Part shown: positions 60,149-64,000 of the stretch, piece after piece
Layout of the letters: the number at the start of each line of letters is the position of its first letter
How positions within the stretch are numbered: the stretch's first letter is position 1
Assembly (NCBI GenBank): GCA_041671645.1
Contig: JBAZBD010000001.1
Span: forward strand, 607,234 to 671,233
DNA from: Patescibacteria group bacterium
GTDB taxonomy: Bacteria > Patescibacteriota > UBA1384 > XYA2-FULL-43-10 > 1-14-0-10-43-13
Direction: 5' to 3'
DNA length: 64,000 nt
Program-made: the position numbers and the translations under genes
The notes under the pieces: model-generated
Database searches by the model: none
What the model was told of the DNA's origin: nothing
What the model saw: only the letters and a program-made list of their open reading frames with translations

Positions 60149-61546
60149 TTAATACGCCCCTCGGCGGAAAATAACTACTAGAAATGTACGAACAATAATC
60201 TTGAGATCAAGCCAGATTGACCAATTCTCAATATAGTAGGCATCAAGTCGCACCCATTCGTCAAAACTGATGGAGGACCGCCCAGAGACCTGCCAAAGGC
60301 CAGTCATACCTGGCTTCACGCCAAGCCTTTGCTTTTGCCAATCGTTGTATTGCTTGACCTCAGATTCAAGTGGCGGCCGTGGGCCAACAAGGCTCATGTC
60401 GCCCTTTAGCACATTGAAAAGCTGAGGTAGTTCATCTAAACTAGTCTTCCGAATAAATCTGCCTACAGAAGTAATACGCGGATCATTTTTGATCTTAAAC
60501 ACAGGTCCGTCAGCTTCGTTTGAATTTTTGTTGAGATCTTCCCACTTCTTCTCGGCCGCTTCGCCGCCGTAATCTTCTCCGACACAATCCTCTAGTTTCA
60601 TCGATCGAAATTTGTAAAACATGAAATTAGCGTCCAACCCAACGCGTTCTTGACGATACAGGATAGGACCTTTTGAGGTAAATTTGACCATCAGGGCCAC
60701 GACCAACATGATTGGTGAAGCGATGACGATGCCGATAGACGATAACACTAGGTCAATGATTCTCTTGAAAATTCGGCCCCAACCATCCAGCGGGGTCCTA
60801 CGAAGCTCTAGAGCGGGAAAATCAACCACTTGGGTTAGGCGCATATGGGAAAATAATAAGAGGAATTGATCTGGGATTATCTTCAATGTTTTGCGATTCA
60901 GACGTGCATAAGACGCAATTTCCTGAATCTGTTCCGAGGAAAGATTTGATTGAGCGATGATAATGTCGTCGCATTTTGTCTTGTCCAGTTCGATTATCAG
61001 GTGGTCGCCAGGATTTAGCTTCGCCACGACCCGATAACCCAAACCCTTGTCTTCGCCGAGATTTGAGGCGATAGAAGAGGAGAATTCATCCCGACCGATG
61101 ATCGCGACTCTTCTCGTGCCGTAATTGTAGTAATATAAAATCCGCTGAATCAGCCCAAGCAAAGTACGACCAGCGAAGACCAATACAATGGTGAAGGCCC
61201 AGTTGAATAGAATAACTAATCTAGAGAAGAAATCAGTCTTGGTCAGGAAAAGCTCAATAATCATAATCGAAACATAAGCCGAAACAGCGATAATAATGCT
61301 GAGCAACTCAGCCAGGCTCGTTTTCTTGTGTCTGGAGTCATATGAGCCGGTGAGAGCGAAGATGAGAAGACAGAGCGGAATAAAATAAAAGACTAAATTC
61401 AGATAATCGTTGATCGGAGCCAACCCATAAAGCGAAGGCACATTGATAGTGCCACGATAATAATATGCCGCGAGAACAGCAATAGTGATCATAAAGGCGT
61501 CAACTGGCAAACGTAAGGCAAGGAAAAGTAATTCAATTTTCTTCAT
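60149..61546 (-). CDS. Polyprenyl-phosphate sugar phosphotransferase (bacterial sugar transferase / WbaP-like, EPS initiation)
   Basis: 465 aa. N-terminal TM helices. The C-terminal PF02397-like core is PILYRQERVGLDANFMFYKFRSM...SLDELPQLFNVLKGDMSLVGPRP. Confidence 0.85.
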   Translation of the reverse strand: MKKIELLFLALRLPVDAFMITIAVLAAYYYRGTINVPSLYGLAPINDYLNLVFYFIPLCLLIFALTGSYDSRHKKTSLAELLSIIIAVSAYVSIMIIELFLTKTDFFSRLVILFNWAFTIVLVFAGRTLLGLIQRILYYYNYGTRRVAIIGRDEFSSSIASNLGEDKGLGYRVVAKLNPGDHLIIELDKTKCDDIIIAQSNLSSEQIQEIASYARLNRKTLKIIPDQFLLLFSHMRLTQVVDFPALELRRTPLDGWGRIFKRIIDLVLSSIGIVIASPIMLVVALMVKFTSKGPILYRQERVGLDANFMFYKFRSMKLEDCVGEDYGGEAAEKKWEDLNKNSNEADGPVFKIKNDPRITSVGRFIRKTSLDELPQLFNVLKGDMSLVGPRPPLESEVKQYNDWQKQRLGVKPGMTGLWQVSGRSSISFDEWVRLDAYYIENWSIWLDLKIIVRTFLVVIFRRGAY

Positions 61547-61654
61547 GATCTAACTATATTATAATTCCCTATCCCTTTCAACCTTTGGCCAAAGAAAATG
61601 ACCCCGGTATTCGGAGCCATCTTCACTGTTCAAAAACAAAAAATTTGTCAAAAA

Positions 61655-61801
61655 TTATTTGTTGCCGCCGATGCGGAAAACCTTAGTACCACATTTTGGG
61701 CAAGAACCCTTGATTGCCATTTTACCGTTTTTCATTTGGTAATCTTCTGCACCTTGGATTTCAACCTTGCCTTTGCATTTAACACAATATGCTTCTGCCA
61801 T
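61655..61801 (-). CDS. Small zinc-ribbon protein (48 aa; conserved DUF-type family)
   Basis: Not in the track. GGAGGTG RBS. MAEAYCVKCKGKVEIQGAEDYQMKNGKMAIKGSCPKCGTKVFRIGGNK has a C..C...C..C pattern. The family is recognised from memory only. Confidence 0.6.
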   Translation of the reverse strand: MAEAYCVKCKGKVEIQGAEDYQMKNGKMAIKGSCPKCGTKVFRIGGNK

Positions 61802-62056
61802 TTTTTAATTCACCTCCTTCCTTATTTTTTCCCCTCCGCTTTGGGCCTCGCGGTCCTGCATGAGGAGTTTAAATTTCATAATACAATTGTAAGTTCGTTT
61901 GAGCTCACATGTCAAGCGTATTTGAGAATAAAAATCAGGCCTGTGAACTCATCAAAATATTATCTTCTCTGGAAGCTGTAAATTAGTCCATCAAGCTCAA
62001 AATACTTCAGCTTTCGACTTTCAACTTTCGACTATTGAGCGAGGTTATCCCCAGCA

Positions 62057-62548
62057 TTAGTTCGCAGGTGCGGCTGTGGTAGGATCAGTCTGGTTGAATC
62101 CGACGATTTGAGCAAGTTGAGAAAGAGTTTTGGCACCAGAATATTGAGTACCATTATAAATCCAGGTTGGGTAGCCAGTCACGTTCTTGGCTGTACACTC
62201 TGCTTCGTTGGCGCTAGGCCCCTGTGGGTCGCACTCGACGTAGTCAACATATTGAAACGCGTTGCCGAAGAGCTTCTTCTGATCCTGGCAATGAGGGCAC
62301 CAGTATGCACCGTACATGACCATGCCCTTTTCTGACATGAACTTGGCCAACTTTTCGATATAGTCTGTGGAGAAATTCTCAGTATCGGTAGTAGCGCCAG
62401 CGACATCCCCAATCTGATCGCTATAGTTGTCTGGCTGATTGTCAGCAGTCTTGGATTTGTCCCCTCTAGTAGAGGCAAAAATCAGTCCGCCCGCAAGCAC
62501 CACGATTATGGCAACCACTATCAGAAATGTTTTTGTATTTTGGTTCAT
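62057..62548 (-). CDS. Membrane-anchored thioredoxin-fold thiol:disulfide oxidoreductase (DsbA/VKOR-partner-like)
   Basis: 163 aa. N-terminal TM helix and the WCPHCQ active site. Confidence 0.75.
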   Translation of the reverse strand: MNQNTKTFLIVVAIIVVLAGGLIFASTRGDKSKTADNQPDNYSDQIGDVAGATTDTENFSTDYIEKLAKFMSEKGMVMYGAYWCPHCQDQKKLFGNAFQYVDYVECDPQGPSANEAECTAKNVTGYPTWIYNGTQYSGAKTLSQLAQIVGFNQTDPTTAAPAN

Positions 62549-62661
62549 CTTTTCCCTTCAATTATTCTTAATGCAACCATAGTAATCGAACCAGATTAAT
62601 CTGTCAAAAGGCGGCTTTCCTGAGCTCCAACAATTTCAACTTTATACTTTCTACTTTATAA

Positions 62662-64000
62662 CTAGCGAGGCCACTTGGAAATCATAATCGAGTCTTTGAG
62701 CCTTGGCGATATCTTGCGAAGTTCTTGCCAGACGGCTTCAGTCACGAAAGGCATGAATGGATGCAACATCTGAAGAGATTCAACGATGATCTTGATAAGA
62801 ATTTTCTTGGTATTGTTCCCAATTTTGCTGTCATCTAGTTGAGCCTTCGTCGCTTCTATATATACGTCGCAAAAATCGTGCCAGAAATAAGCGTAAATTT
62901 CCTCCGCAGCAAAAGAGAAATTATATTTCTCGATATTCTTGGTCACTGACTTAATTGTCTCAGCATGCTTTTTCAATATCGCTTTGTCGGCATCAGTCAA
63001 AATAGAATTATCAATTTCTAGATCCCCTATTGTTTCCTCTCCAATTTCACCTGTCTGAACGTCACCACCAGTGACACGTAAAATTGTAAATCTGGAAGCA
63101 TTCCAGATCTTGTTGGAGAAATTGCGCATACCACGAATCTTTTCCTCCGAAATCACTGCGTCGTTGCCTGCGGAAGTGCCGAAAACGAGCGCCATGCGGA
63201 CGGCGTCAGAACCATACAAATCGGCTACGCCGAGAGGATCTATCACATTTCCCTTGGATTTGCTCATCTTCTGGCGATCCTTGTCTCGGACCAAGCCGTG
63301 GAGATAAACATTTTCAAATGGAACCTTGTCGGTAACATAAAGTCCAAGCATCATCATACGAGCGACCCAGAAGAAGAGAATGTCCCAGCCGGTCTCCATG
63401 ACAGTTGTAGAGTAAAATTTGTCAAAATCTTTCGACTTTCGACTTTCGACTTTCGACTCGCCGCTTTGCGAGAGCAAAGTGGCAAAGGGCCATTGGCCAG
63501 AAGAAAACCAGGTATCGAATACGTCAGGATCGCGGTCAAGTTTGGTAGATCCGCATTCTGGGCATCGCTCTGGTGTTTCGCCGTTTGTAACTATCGTTTC
63601 GCCACATTTACAATACCAAACTGGCAACTGGATCCCCCAGACGATCTGGCGGGAGACATTCCAATCACGAATATTGGTCATCCAGTGACGATATATTTTT
63701 TCGAATTTTTCAGTTACGAACTTTGTCTTGCCGGTATCTACTGCGTCCAATGCATCCTTGGCTAGTGTCTTGCCGGACTTCTTGCCTTTTTCGTTCACAG
63801 CAATGAACCACTGAGGCAGGACTCTTGGCTCGATCACGGTGCCGCATTTGTAGCATTTACCAACAGTATGAGTATAATTCTCGTCAATTTTTTCGATCAA
63901 TCCCTTGGCCTGCATATCTTCTGCAACCTTGAGGCGGGCCTCTTTGACCTTCATGCCTTTGTATGGGCCTGCTTTTTCATTCAAACGTCCGTATTGATCT
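62662..64000 (-). CDS. valS: Valine--tRNA ligase, C-terminal half (5' end beyond the window edge)
   Basis: DVFDTWFSSGQWPF and TGWDILFFWVARMMM match ValRS (T. thermophilus-like, with zinc knuckles CYKCG...CKCG..CPECG). KMSKSKGN is present. The ORF remains open to nt 64000. Confidence 0.85.
   Translation of the reverse strand, partial: DQYGRLNEKAGPYKGMKVKEARLKVAEDMQAKGLIEKIDENYTHTVGKCYKCGTVIEPRVLPQWFIAVNEKGKKSGKTLAKDALDAVDTGKTKFVTEKFEKIYRHWMTNIRDWNVSRQIVWGIQLPVWYCKCGETIVTNGETPERCPECGSTKLDRDPDVFDTWFSSGQWPFATLLSQSGESKVESRKSKDFDKFYSTTVMETGWDILFFWVARMMMLGLYVTDKVPFENVYLHGLVRDKDRQKMSKSKGNVIDPLGVADLYGSDAVRMALVFGTSAGNDAVISEEKIRGMRNFSNKIWNASRFTILRVTGGDVQTGEIGEETIGDLEIDNSILTDADKAILKKHAETIKSVTKNIEKYNFSFAAEEIYAYFWHDFCDVYIEATKAQLDDSKIGNNTKKILIKIIVESLQMLHPFMPFVTEAVWQELRKISPRLKDSIMISKWPR
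63430..63457. repeat. 7-bp tandem repeat (TTTCGAC) x4 inside the valS coding sequence (site F of the ACTTT/TCGAAAGT family)
   Basis: tttcgac tttcgac tttcgac tttcgac. On the coding strand it encodes the in-frame low-complexity insert ESKVESRKSKD. Confidence 0.8.

Overview
This 64-kb window is almost entirely minus-strand, low-GC (about 40-45%) bacterial core-genome DNA. It carries a long run of translation and transcription genes. Reading the minus strand from high to low coordinates: valS (5'-truncated by the window edge), a thioredoxin-like protein, a small zinc-ribbon protein, a polysaccharide-initiation locus (polyprenyl-phosphate sugar transferase and a GT4 glycosyltransferase), a secreted beta-helical-repeat/membrane protein, gyrB-gyrA, infB, cdaA-cdaR (c-di-AMP synthase plus YbbR regulator), a LysM-M23 peptidase, obg, a type IV pilin, rpoB-rpoC, rpsL-rpsG, then a 4.2-kb accessory block, fusA-tuf-rpsJ, two tRNA genes and a structured GC-rich element, then the S10/spc r-protein genes rplC through rplO, a 6-kb accessory block, secY-adk-map-infA-rpmJ-rpsM-rpsK-rpsD-rpoA-rplQ-rplM-rpsI, a GC-rich cysteine-rich protein gene, rbfA, a small membrane protein, pheS-pheT, aspS and a partial PspA/IM30-like gene. 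There is no rpmD (L30) between rpsE and rplO. PheS lacks its N-terminal coiled-coil and AspRS lacks the GAD insertion. L24 carries a C4 zinc ribbon. These traits together suggest a reduced-genome, CPR/Patescibacteria-like organism (inference). Standard code 11 fits all ORFs. No rRNA, CRISPR array or transposase/integrase was found. The most interesting parts are two accessory insertions that split normally contiguous operons, rplO|secY and rpsG|fusA. Both contain GC-richer genes. The rpsG|fusA block holds a PaaX-like regulator (wHTH plus Cas2-like domain) flanked by 42-bp direct repeats with a perfect palindrome, and a tandem pair of paralog genes duplicated together with their promoter and terminator. 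The rplO|secY block holds an ABC-F/YkgJ/small-protein module. Other items are two divergent promoters built on shared palindromic -35 elements, a dispersed family of short ACTTT-rich tandem repeats (one in-frame inside valS), a twice-repeated 16-bp palindrome TCCGCCAGCTGGCGGA, two tRNA genes whose anticodon arms do not fold canonically by hand, and a roughly 200-nt highly structured GC-rich element upstream of rplC.
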